Of a stretch of DNA of 64,000 nucleotides, positions 14,477 through 26,077 are shown in pieces. Origin of the DNA: Eledone cirrhosa. Taxonomy: Eukaryota. The stretch's first letter is position 1. Each line of letters begins with the position of its first letter. The notes under the pieces were generated by a model. The model made no database searches and had not been told where the DNA came from. It saw only the letters and a list, made by a program, of their open reading frames with translations. Both the position numbers and the translations under genes were made by a program. The stretch spans positions 27,466,001 to 27,530,000 of the forward strand of contig OZ024745.1 in assembly GCA_964016885.1 (NCBI GenBank). The letters run 5' to 3'.

Positions 14477-15122
14477 ATTTAAACTACCTCCTAATATGTT
14501 ACTAAGAGTTTTCCCCTTAGAAAAAGGAGGGGGAGAGCTACATTTTTCACCCTTAGCCAGAGTTTTCTTTACCATTTTCCTCCTCTGTTTATTTGTGTGC
14601 TACCAACTAATCTTTCGGATATGCCGCTGAGGAATTTTCCCCCGGAAAACGGAGGAGGAAGAGGAACCTCGGAACTGTCCGCCTCCTGGACTTTTCTTAA
14701 GTTCCTAACCTCAAGATTAGTTTGTAGCGCACGAAAAAAAAAACGATAGAAAAAATAGTAAAGAAAACTCCTAGTGAAAGGTGGAGCGTCCTGAGTGTGC
14801 CTCCCCACCTCCCTTTTCCGGGGAAGAATCCTTCGCTCCATATTAAAAGGTAAGTTTAACTGATAGTATACGAAAAAAAACAAAAAACAAAGAGAAAACT
14901 GATTTTCCACTGAAATCGGTGGAGGGTGTCTTCCTATAACACCCAGATGTCAACCAACATGACTTTAGTAACAGCTAAATATCCCTCTACAATTATAAAT
15001 TTGGTGAAATAGCAGCACAAACCCTTCAACATTAAAGATGCTAGAAATAGCAGCCATTTAAGCAAGAAATATTAAAAGAAAGACCCAATGGTTAAAAATT
15101 ATGAATTGATTTACGTAACATT

Positions 15123-15315
15123 CAGTATCGGTAGAGCGTCGGACATGCTTTATGCCATAGAGTTACGCCCCTTTACAATCTGAGTTCAAATCCTGCCGAG
15201 GTTAGCTTTGCCTTTCATCTCTACGGGGTCGATAAAATAAAATACCAGTCATGCACCGAGGTCGATTTAATCACCCCTTCTAATTACCGATCTTGCACCT
15301 AAAGTAGAAACAATT
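15123..15315 (+). mobile_element. tRNA-derived SINE, family B
   Basis: TATCGGTAGAGCG...GAGTTCAAATCC...GCCTTTCATC...GGGGTCGATAAAAT. Confidence 0.75.
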
Positions 15316-15460
15316 ATATTAAATTGCAAAGATTTTGTCCGTTAGAACATTATTTTTCTGTGAATCCGACCGACGAGGGAAATCTAAAAACAACTCTCAA
15401 ACGATATCTAGTCAATGATTCTCCAAATTAATTTTATTTTAAATATACATGTATTACAAA

Positions 15461-15536
15461 ACAAAACATTTCCTGTATTTACAAATATCCATACTAAAAC
15501 GAAACTTATTCGTTTCGATTGTTCAAGACAACCAAG
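15461..15536. promoter_or_regulatory. Conserved non-coding block upstream of ZNF-A
   Basis: Aligns closely to 22989-23065 upstream of ZNF-B. Confidence 0.5.
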
Positions 15537-17148
15537 TTATTTTTACATTCCTCATTATCGTTAATTTTGTTTACATAGTCAATGGACAAGATTACCCAAT
15601 TCCTTATGTTGTTATATTTTTACTTCGATATAATTAGTATATCGTCCAAGTAGAACATAATTCCATTATTTACTAAGTTCCATGGCTTAAGAATTTTAGC
15701 AGAGTCAAATATTTTCGAAATTAAGAATTTTAACAGAAAGTTACTTGGGTTCTAAAACACTATATAGTATTTAGCAGTAAAATAAGCTTCCGGGACCCCC
15801 GGCTAGAGTTACGTCCCTTTGGCGTTTACCGGTAAATTAAGCTTTAAAAGCATTTTTTGTCTATTTTGCTGGGACCAGCTACGTAGCCTATTCTTAAATT
15901 ATTACGAAGTAAATCTTTATCAACTTACCGATTCCACTTGTAAAATGTAAAGCAAGTGCTCGATAAATTAATGGTAAAGTTGTTCCCCTTTACATTTATT
16001 ATTTAGTGACTTATGCAGTAGAGAGTTCCAAAGTGGAGATAATTATTGTTAGAAATTTCCTTGATAAATTTATTTCACATACACACACACACATATATAT
16101 ATATAACTAATAAAAGAAAAGGAAGAGGGTTGGGGAACATCGAATGATAAAACAAACAAAAAAGTGGTGTGTTGGATAAAGACCTAAACACTCAATCACA
16201 CTCCACAACATGGGTCACAGGAGTTTCCCTCTAATAATTTTTGAGGCCTGCTAACACACTTGTAGTATTGCTGTGTGTGATAGCAAGGCCAAGACGCTGG
16301 AATACGCAAAGCACTCTTGTGGTAATGCAAGCAGCCTACAGTGACAGGAACTACTTTGTCAGCGACCCAGCACCAAACATTTCAAATACCACAAGCTGAA
16401 AATATAATTTGCCATTCATTCTTGGCTTCTGATGCAGTAACCTATATCTTTAGTGCAGCATCCAGGATGTGGAAAGGAGTAAAAGGGTCGTTAACTGTGA
16501 TGTCTTAAATGAAATATCTTACTTCTTATCCTGGACAATCCAACTAGCTCCAGAATAGAGGGGATACTGACTCAAGACAGGACATACTTGATAATCAGTT
16601 TCTGCTCTGTATGTCAAGTGAAGTGACCTGCACTCAGGTGGCATGACTACCCATAAAGACCTGTGGAGTCAAGGAACCTGCCACATTATGGAAGTTATGT
16701 TAAGATATTCAATGACCAATATATTGAAATTTGACCTTCTGAGGTCATCTCACATTTTTTTCATAATCCCAGTATATAATACTTACGACATGTAAGTATT
16801 ATAGGAATCAACATTAAAGCTTGAAAAAAAAAAAAAAGTATCCTGCCAAATACTCTGGTAAAATTGTGCACAAGTTTGTCAAACTTCATGCATCATAGGT
16901 GAATTTCCAATATTTGCTTTCTCATCACACATTTTGACAAAATTTCCAGCATTTTAGAAGTTCCCCTCCTTTATATTTAGTTCCACTCCACACTTCTTTT
17001 ATTTGGACAGTCTTCTAGCTTATTCCAAAGTCAATAAAAAAACCCCGTTGTTTTGGAGTTAAACAGGACACCCTTTTGTTGTTGTACAAACTATCTAGAG
17101 ACCATTTAAACAAAAACCAAAGTGGAATAGATTATTTCCAACACTATT

Positions 17149-17325
17149 GGCAGTATCGGTAGAGGGTCAGACGCCATGCTTTCCAGCATAGTTACGTCCC
17201 TTTACGGTCTGAGTTCAAATCTTGTCGAGGTTAACTTCGCCTTTCATCCTTAGGAGGTGGATAAAATAATGTACCAGTAATGCACTGGGTAATTGCTGGC
17301 CTTGTGCCAAAAGTAGAAACAACTA
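17149..17325 (+). mobile_element. tRNA-derived SINE, family B
   Basis: Same head, B-box and core as 15123-15315. Confidence 0.75.
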
Positions 17326-18384
17326 TTATATAGAAATCTGATTATTTATTATAAAGTTAAAATTATTCAATGTAAGTATAATTTATAAACATTGGTAAAA
17401 ACATCCATAATATTACAAAAGAAGACCAAAAAGACCAGTGGTTCTCATAAACCCAGGTCACATCCATCAACTTGCAATCCCAAGTTTCTCCAATTTCTCC
17501 ATCATTTTGAATTATCATTTAAGAATTTTGTTACCATTATACTTTTAAAGTGTTAATCATTGAATGAAATTACTTTATTAATTGAAATCATTTGAAAAAA
17601 AAAAAATTGCTGATTTCCACACATTCTAAAACTTCTATTTAAGTTAATCTCCAAATATGCTGGTAGAAATGTCAAAACACCTTATTAAGTACTAGTAATA
17701 GAAAAAAAGAAGGTAATAACAGATTTCTCACAACATTAAACTTCTATTTGATTTAATGCCAACTTCGAGTTGTGTACAGAGAAGCTAAACTAGAAATCTG
17801 AGGAAGAAATCCAGTAAGTTTTACTCAAAGGTACTGCATTCACAAAGGTTGAGGATAGGAATCTGGAATTAAAGTGACTGTCTGAAATATTACTAAATGT
17901 TCATTGGTTTCTCCACTAAATGTTTTTTCAGCCTTCACCATATCTTAATGGTCTTTCTACCATATCGTCAAGTATGAAATTTGTAGAAAAAAAAAAAACA
18001 AATTTCTACAAATTTCATATAGATATCAACCTTGATAGCTGGTCCTTCTGTTGGATCTATTTGAAGTAGTCCATTTCTTTGTCTGTCACACATCACACAT
18101 TCTCCTCATTCAGTAACTTCTTACTATAACATTTTCATTTTTCTTTTCAACATCAATAATAGCAATTGTGCCACTATCACGCCATAAATATTTTCACTGA
18201 CAATATCATTGTGATTTCAATGGGTGGAGTAGGCCATTTGTCTTCTGTGTAGTACTGTTTCTGGCATGATTGCACCTCTATTGTATGGCCTGAGATAGTA
18301 TTCTTGAATATGTGGGTACATTTATTATTATATTAGATACCTTTTTCAGGGAATCTATTTAGTCAATGATATTGTCACTTTTCT

Positions 18385-18540
18385 TTATGAATACATATAT
18401 GTATTAAGTGAATTTTTCGAGAAAATGATTTACCACAGATATCACAGTCATCTGGTATGAATCCATTTATGATTATTTAATTCACTACTATCAGAGAACG
18501 ATTTACCACAGATATCACACTGATATGTTTTCTCTTGACA
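18385..18540 (-). pseudogene. Two relic C2H2 fingers, detached tail of the ZNF-B array
   Basis: [26 protein letters not shown] followed by frameshifted [20 protein letters not shown]. Confidence 0.8.
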
Positions 18541-18805
18541 TGCATAGACTGGAGAGAAATGAAGCAGCCATGCTTTGTTGGATATGCAATGTAAATGTGA
18601 GAGAAAGGCAGAGCTTGGATGAACTGAGAGAGAAACTGGGTTTAAGAGGAATCCGAGGTGGTGTGCAAGAGAGAAGACTGCTTTGGTAGAGAGAAGCTGC
18701 AGTAGAGGTAGACCAAAGAACACCTGGGCAGGGGTGGTGAGAACTGATCTCAAATCGCTGAGGCATACAGAGGAGATGAGCTTCAGGACATTGCTTCTGA
18801 TGATA
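18540..18805 (+). mobile_element. RTE 3' coding fragment
   Basis: RLERNEAAMLCWICNVNVRERQSLDELREKLGLRGIR...QERRL and GRPKNTW; matches 58404-58649 and the end of the 10.3-kb LINE. Confidence 0.75.
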
Positions 18806-18809
18806 CACA

Positions 18810-19670
18810 TTATAGGAACTAGTTTAGCAGATTTCCATAGGTCGATGATTTTCTTAGTTCGAGTAGTTTGTGGTTTGTCATGAACCTCATAAAAGGACTC
18901 AATTTTACTAATCATGGATGATGCCCAGTTCAATTATTCAAGACCATAAAGGACGACAGGTTGGACATATGAGTAATATTTGGAACCATTAAAAGCTGCT
19001 TAGCCTAAGTTTATTTTGTGACAAACTACAACAGAACCATCATTTGTGCTTGACAGTTTATGGCCTAGATAAACAAATTCTGACACAGTTGTATGGATTT
19101 ATCATATATTGTAAGGTGCAACCAATAGAGAATCTTGAGTTGCATTCTGCTTCTGTTTTCAAGATTATGAGAATACAGAAGAGTAAAGTCGAAAGGATGT
19201 CACCTTGATTTACACCTTTCAGGAGAAACCTTGCCTTATTATATCTTTTCAATCAATACTAATCACAGGTGCAATAGCTCAAGCTTGTAAAGAAGCACTT
19301 ATAGTGGTTATCTATGGAGGATTATGGCAATTACTGTCCAATCAGCCTCCTAAGTAATGTTTGTAAACTGTTTATTAGCATCATTGCTTCATGTGTTAAG
19401 GACGATCTCTTTACATCTTTTCCTGCATCTAAAGCAGCATATCAACCTGGTAGAGGTAATGTTGAATAAATAATTACTGTGGAGCAAATTATTGAAAAAT
19501 TAATTGAATTTAACAACCTAGTGTATATATCCTTAATCAATTTCACAAAAGCTTTTGATAGTGTGAAACTCCTTGATAACATACACCTCAACAAGAGATA
19601 CATAAGTCTCTAAAGACAAACATATGAAAAGTCTACAGCAGCAATAAAAACAAACATTGACATCTCCAGG
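18810..19670 (-). mobile_element. Degraded non-LTR RT fragment with inverted 5' part
   Basis: Plus strand 19260-19670: NYCPISLL, AAYQPGRG, FTKAFDSV...IDISR; minus strand from 19231: RFLLKGVNQGDILSTLLF. Confidence 0.75.
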
Positions 19671-19727
19671 CATGAATACAGTAGTGAATAGCTAAGTCAT
19701 TACTTTGAGAGAATGGTTTACCACATA
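19671..19727 (-). pseudogene. Frameshifted relic C2H2 finger downstream of the stop codon
   Basis: Nearly identical to 8368-8425. Confidence 0.8.
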
Positions 19728-20843
19728 TTAGTTATTTGGCTTTACTTCTGTGTGAATAGATTTGTGTCTAGTTAAGCTACTTATTTGAGAGAATAATTTA
19801 CCACAGATATCACACTGATATGGTTTCTCTCCTGTATGAATGCGTATGTGTCTAGTTAATTCACCGTTTAGAGGAAAAGATTTATCACAGATATCACAGT
19901 GATATGGTTTCTCCCCTGTATGAATACGTTTGTGCTTAGTTACAACACCACTTCCAGAGAATGATTTACCACAGATATCACACATATAAGGTTTCTCCCC
20001 TGTATGAGTACGTTTGTGTTTTGTTAAATCACAATTTTGAGAGAATGATTTGCCACAGATATCACAATGATATGGTTTCTCTCCTGTATGAATGCGGTTG
20101 TGTTTAGTTAAGTGACTTCCCGTAGAAAATGATTTACCACAAGTATCACAGCGAAATGGTTTCTCTCCTGTATGAATGAATTTGTGTTTAATTAAGTGAT
20201 CATTTCCAGAGAATGATTTACCACAGACATCACAGATATATGGTTTCTCTCCTGTGTGGATGCGTTTATGTTTTACTGTATCACTATTTCGAGAGAATGA
20301 TATACCACAGATATCACAGTGATATGGTTTTTCTCCTGTATGAATACGTTTATGAATATTTACATCACTATTTCGAGAGAATGATTTACCACAGATATCA
20401 CACTGATATGGTTTTTCTCCTGTATGAATGCGTTTATGAGTAGTTAATTGGCTAGTCACAGAGAATGATGTACCACAGATATCACAGTAATATGGTTTCT
20501 CTCCTGTATGAATACGTATGTGTTTTGTTAAATCAGTACTTTGAGAGAATGATTTATCACAGACATTACAATGATATGGTTTTTCTCCTGTATGAATACG
20601 TTTGTGAGTAGTTAACTCACCACTTTGACAGAATGATTTTCCACAGATAATGCAGTGATATGGTTTCTCTCCTGTGTGAGTACGTTTGTGACTAGTCAGG
20701 TTATCCTTTCGAGAAAATATTTTTCCACAGATATCGCAGTCATATGATATTTTTCTTTTCTCTTTCTTCATACCAACAGGAGAATCAATCCTTTTTGATT
20801 GTTTTTTAAATTTAACCTTATTTTCACACAATCCAGTTTCCAT
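19728..20843 (-). CDS. C2H2 zinc-finger protein, 12 tandem fingers (ZNF-B)
   Basis: 371-aa intact ORF; paralog of ZNF-A with one additional 28-aa finger. Confidence 0.93.
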   Translation of the reverse strand: METGLCENKVKFKKQSKRIDSPVGMKKEKRKISYDCDICGKIFSRKDNLTSHKRTHTGEKPYHCIICGKSFCQSGELTTHKRIHTGEKPYHCNVCDKSFSQSTDLTKHIRIHTGEKPYYCDICGTSFSVTSQLTTHKRIHTGEKPYQCDICGKSFSRNSDVNIHKRIHTGEKPYHCDICGISFSRNSDTVKHKRIHTGEKPYICDVCGKSFSGNDHLIKHKFIHTGEKPFRCDTCGKSFSTGSHLTKHNRIHTGEKPYHCDICGKSFSQNCDLTKHKRTHTGEKPYMCDICGKSFSGSGVVTKHKRIHTGEKPYHCDICDKSFPLNGELTRHIRIHTGEKPYQCDICGKLFSQISSLTRHKSIHTEVKPNN

Positions 20844-21374
20844 ATTTTTCCTTCTTCAACTACACTACACAAATGCTTTTTTTTAAATTTATTTTATTCC
20901 TAATAAAATATTTCTTCTGCATTATTTCCATCTTTGTGTTTATCTAAAAATGTTGCAAATTCTGTTGTAATCCAAGGTTAAATAGAATACAAAATTATCT
21001 TGAAGATATTCCAGAGAGTGAATTAGAGAAATGTTATTAATCTCAGTTCAGAAGAAATATTTCACAGTAATTCTACAACAGATTTATATAAACAGGGTTA
21101 TATCTGTTGTGTATAACATCTTTTAGTCTTTAAAAGATGACAAATATTGTTGGTCTAACTGATGTAAAAAACAGCTCCATGTCAATGTCATGTGATAACC
21201 TGAAATAATAAAGAAACAGTATAAGATATAGAGGATACTTATATTGTAAAGATACAACAGTGGAAAACTATTTGAACTTTACTTTTTAATTTATAAAAAT
21301 TACAATATACAATCTTGCGTGAAGTCTACTTATTTGTTACACTACAGCTACACCTTCAGATTGTGTAACAAACA

Positions 21375-22640
21375 TGAGCATTAACTTACATCCACTTTTC
21401 ATGCTTGCATGGGTTGGATGGGTTGTCACAGTCCGAGACTGACATGTTGGAGATATTGGAGGTTTAGTGGCATGTTGCTCACACGTTCCATATTTGGAAT
21501 GATTTCTACAACTGGGTGCTGTTTCTCACTTCAATTTTTTACATAGTGTACTACGAGCATTTTGTTGTGGCACCCCAGCATTACTACTTTACTGAGTGTA
21601 TTGGCTATATATACTACATGGCACTACTACAACTACTTTACAGAGTGTACAGGGTGCAGTTTATTGTGGCACTAGCACTACTAATTTACAGAATATACTG
21701 GATGCATTTTCTGTGACACCAGCACTACCACTTACAGAGTGTATTGAGTACATTTTATTGTGACACTACTGCTACTATAGAGGTGTGTGTAAGCTCAGCA
21801 GGGTAGAGGGAGGCAGTAAAAGAGTAAGGTTAGAGGAGTGTATGACAGAAGAGAGTCTATGGAGGGAGCAATGGTCACTTTGTTACTGAGAGAGAGCTAG
21901 AAGGTAGGGAGGAATATAGGAGAGCAAGAGCAGGTGCAATGTACGAGGGTCAGCTAAAAAGTTCATAGGCTGACCAAGATACTCTCATGGAATGACCAAA
22001 TGAGGTTTATTTTTCAACATGCATTGGTTAATCTTGCATGCATTAATTTCAATTCTTCTTATTAATAACTGCATTGTTTCTTTCTAGGGATTATGTTGAA
22101 AGATTAATCTCATTTAGTCATTCCTTGACAGTATATTGGTCAGCCTATGAACTTTTCAGCTAATCCTTGTACAACTCACATTGTATGTCTAAACCAGTGC
22201 AACTGATGTCTCTTTTCTCTTATATCATCTATGCTCTTTATTAATGCACACTAACATAACATATCCAGCAGAGTATTTCTTTCTAGCTGCCTCAGATCTG
22301 CATTCAAAGACACAGTCTCACTGCCCTGCAACATTGCAGTTCATACATAAACATCTTATAGTCTGTTGTTCATTCTGAGAGAAAAACTTTTTGTTACCAA
22401 CAACAGCAACCGCTCTCTAAAATTTTTCTAACTGATTCTGATCATAGTTACTATGCTTTTGGTGCACCTCATTCCAATACTAATGAGATTACCTAGGTAG
22501 CAGAAGCTACCAACTATTTCTAATATGCCCCCAGAGCACAGGAAGGGAGTTACTCTGTGTGTGTATGTGTTTATTGCTAATTGCTGTAGTACATCTACCA
22601 CAATGATGTTTATTTTTACTGTCAGTCTGTCTTATGAGTC
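21375..22640 (-). mobile_element. Degraded RTE 3' portion of the PHD-insert family
   Basis: Reverse-complement tail and 3'UTR subrepeats at 21375-21780; coding remnants (HCGRCT, FCYLG, MLQGSET) at 22190-22640. Confidence 0.7.
21944..22169. mobile_element. Mariner-type MITE
   Basis: TA|CGAGGGTCAGCTAAAAAGTTCATAGGCTGACCAA ... TTGGTCAGCCTATGAACTTTTCAGCTAATCCTTG|TA. Confidence 0.85.
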
Positions 22641-22988
22641 TATATATTAAAATGCAGAACAATGGATGATAATATTCTCCTCTTCCCAGAAACATCATTG
22701 TTTAGTGTTAGGTCAGCCTTCACTAAACAGAGCTATGATCAAAGACATTCCAGCCAAGGGAATCACATCCGATGGTATCCTCCAGCTTCCCTTCCGTTTT
22801 CCGAAAACAAAACAAAACAAAAAAAGGGTCAATTGCGGCACATATGCGGGGATCAGATTATTTCCTACCACGCGATAAAAACGAGGAAAAAATATTTCCC
22901 ACTGAAATTGAGAGGGGTGTTATATCTATAAATTTACCAAAAATAACTACTTTCAAAGTACATATATTACATAAACAAAGAGAAAGCC

Positions 22989-23065
22989 AAAACATTTCAC
23001 CTGTATTTACAAATATCCACACTAAAACGAAACTTAGTCGTTTCGATTATACAAGACAACCAAAT
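22989..23065. promoter_or_regulatory. Conserved non-coding block upstream of ZNF-B
   Basis: Aligns to 15461-15536; followed by a CpG-richer stretch at 23120-23460. Confidence 0.5.
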
Positions 23066-23653
23066 TGTTTATTATTTTCGTTTTTGCTAACCCTCTTTTT
23101 CTTTCTTTCTTCGAATAAACTATGTAGCCGGTAAACCCTAAAGGGATGCAACACACATCGCTATAGCGTTTCACCAGCCCTTTCCTTCTGTTGTCTGTAT
23201 GTTTATGTATTTACATGTAAATGTGCCTGTAACTAAAGCGTAACGTGCTTTACGAATGGACGACTAAATGATTTTAACTTGTTTTTTAACAAGTGATGGT
23301 GGAGAAGATTTCAAATTGTCTTAACTCTGGCCGCAACTCATGTTGTCTGACACTTTTACCGGCTACATAAACTTTTCGGCGCTACAACGCTATTAGCTGT
23401 CAGTCGAAGCAGCCGATGAAAGCAAAACATCGTTTATTTCTGTATTACTACCACGCGTAAGTGGAGTTACTTAAATGAACTTTTTTTTTTTTTTTTCACG
23501 CGTTTTTATTTTTTTTAAGCATATAGATGTAAGTGGAGTTACCTAAATGAAAATATAGGTGGCACTTAAAAGGGCCAAATTAGAATATACCGCTGCGTTT
23601 TTACAGTTTTACTAGTTACACATACACACACACACACACATATATATATATAC

Positions 23654-23734
23654 ACACGGTGTCCCCTCCAAAATATATACACACTTTGATTACTTGGCTG
23701 TTGAAGTGTGTATACATTTTTTGGGACACTGTGT
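23654..23734. mobile_element. ~80-bp Tc1/mariner-like MITE within a TA microsatellite
   Basis: ACACGGTGTCCC..AAAATATATACACACTT / AAGTGTGTATACATTTTTTGGGACACTGTGT. Confidence 0.6.
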
Positions 23735-23735
23735 T

Positions 23736-23779
<44 letters not shown>

Positions 23780-25025
23780 GGGAAGGGAGACATTTTTGGA
23801 TGCTATACCTGACATAATAAAAAAACCAAAATACACCCCTAACGTTTGTCGGAATATCAATCACGAGAGTAGATAAATAAATATATAAATACATAAATAA
23901 GAAATGATAGAAAAGGAAAAGAAAATCCCTACATTATGTAATATTCCTAGTCACCCCTAAATGTTCCCTAAATTTCAAAACCGGGAGGGAAAAGTCAGAG
24001 GGTTAAAATCCCAAAGGATGGTACCTCAAATACTAGTGTATCCCTTCGCATTACAGTTTAAAGCAATACACATGATCGCTTTGATGACTCTTATTAGTTT
24101 CTAAGGGTCTCGTTTTTTCCTCTTCTTTCTATCATATCTATATCTATATATATATATATGTCAAAATCTTTCACTCTATCTATCTCTTTCCCTCTCTGTC
24201 TATCTTTTGCCATAAAGACGATAATGATAATCAATTCAATTAAGAAATATATATATATATATATATTATTAGTATTATTATTAAAATTAAATACCATTTA
24301 TTCTGCGGCAGAGAGCTTCATCTTCTCCATCATTCGCTCCTCCAGAATCGTAATACTCGTCGTTATTGTATGTGTGTGTTTCTGCGTATATATATATATA
24401 TGGTGTGTATGTGTTTGTGTGTATATGTATATATGTCTGCGATCGCCACTCTCGCCCTTCGTGAGGAGAATGCTGTGTACGTATGTATATATATATGTGT
24501 GTGTATGTGTGTGCTTGGAATATTTACCAATGGTTGGTATATCGATGAACCTCTGATAGGCTTATACAAAATTAATGGATCTCGTCTCGGTTCCTTTCGT
24601 TCGATCACCAAGAACTACCCACACATTTGAATTTATAATGTAAATGGTTAAATGTTTCACATACACTTGTACTCGCTTACTTTAACATACCCCTCCCCCA
24701 TATGCACATACTATGTGGGCACTCAGTTTGCTAGAAATAACAGCCAATTCTTTCCACCCACCTTAAAAAAAATATTAAGAAAGAACACGATGTCCGATAA
24801 TGTACGTATTAGATAGACCTAAAACGACGGGATGGTCGTGGCTGGAATACCGTTGATCATAATGGAATTCTGTGGTTTAGTCAAGGTTGACCTAGGGCTA
24901 AACAACAACAATAACGTAATCCCCAAGCAGAATCTATAAACAGACTAAAAAACAGCTTGTAAAAAAAAAAAGGATATTTATCTGATAAAGAGGTAGGATG
25001 CAGCTAGTATTGATATACAACAGGG

Positions 25026-25063
<38 letters not shown>

Positions 25064-25108
25064 GTTATTCCGGGTTGAATCGGAGGTAACCACAGTAAGT
25101 AAGGTACT

Positions 25109-25168
<60 letters not shown>

Positions 25169-25720
25169 TGTTGGTTGCTGATGTGTATTGAATTATGATA
25201 ACAGACTTGTCGAGCACGAAATTAACCAGGTTCTTGTTTGAGAAAATGTATCGTTGCAGGTTTTACCTTTGCCCCTCAGGTGAAGGGGCCTTACTAACAT
25301 GGAACAGGAATATTGTGATGGGACCCGACTTTTCCCCGCCCCCTCGGTCTAGCCCCGCAGGTACAGTCGAGTCCGCTTAAAAGTATACCCTCGGGAATGG
25401 AAAATAGTATACTCTTAACCGGACTAAGTAAAAATATTCCATAGTATTATTATTTTGAGTCTTTCAATGATTAATAATCGCTTTATTATCGTTTAAAATG
25501 CAAGTCCACAAAACTCTCTTGCAACATTGTAGAGTGAATGTAAAATGTTATAAGCTTCAGCTTTGAGGGACTACTCTCACGATTTTCCATCGATACTGGA
25601 AGTGTGAAAAGGATGCTCAATGCACTAGCATCATTTGAGTAATATAAAAAATGTTCACGATTTTAGAATTATTCCAGTTTATCATTTTTCCGAACTTACA
25701 AGGAAAAAATACGTATATAC

Positions 25721-25902
25721 GAGAAAAATGGCGCCAAACTTTTCCTTTTGAAAGAATAATGTGATTTGTCACGTGATATAACCTCTAAATATGTGTATAC
25801 CTATATGCGTATACACATATTTAGAGGTAATATCACGTGAACACATTCACGTGACAAATCACATTATTCTTTCAAAAGGAAAAGTTCGGCGCCATTTTTC
25901 TC
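25721..25902. repeat. 182-bp near-perfect palindrome (foldback)
   Basis: GAGAAAAATGGCGCC...ATGTGTATAC mirrored by GTATACACAT...GGCGCCATTTTTCTC. Confidence 0.9.
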
Positions 25903-26077
25903 CAGAGAAGAGCGCAAATGTGAACAAACGCAAGAGAAATGAAGAAACAGTAAAAGGAAAAGATAAGAAAGTGGTAAGTAATATCAAATAATTATTAAAA
26001 ACGTTAGAGGAGTCGCATTACACGAAAAATTAAGTTTCATACATACATATATATATATGTGTGTATGTATGTATATA

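Noticed and set aside
14569-14910. 113-aa minus-strand ORF in a CpG-richer patch
   Set aside because: No domain evidence; may be a TE 5' region but unsupported
23780-24036. Possible second Helitron-like element ending in CTAG|T
   Set aside because: Subterminal hairpin weak and no clear 5' end
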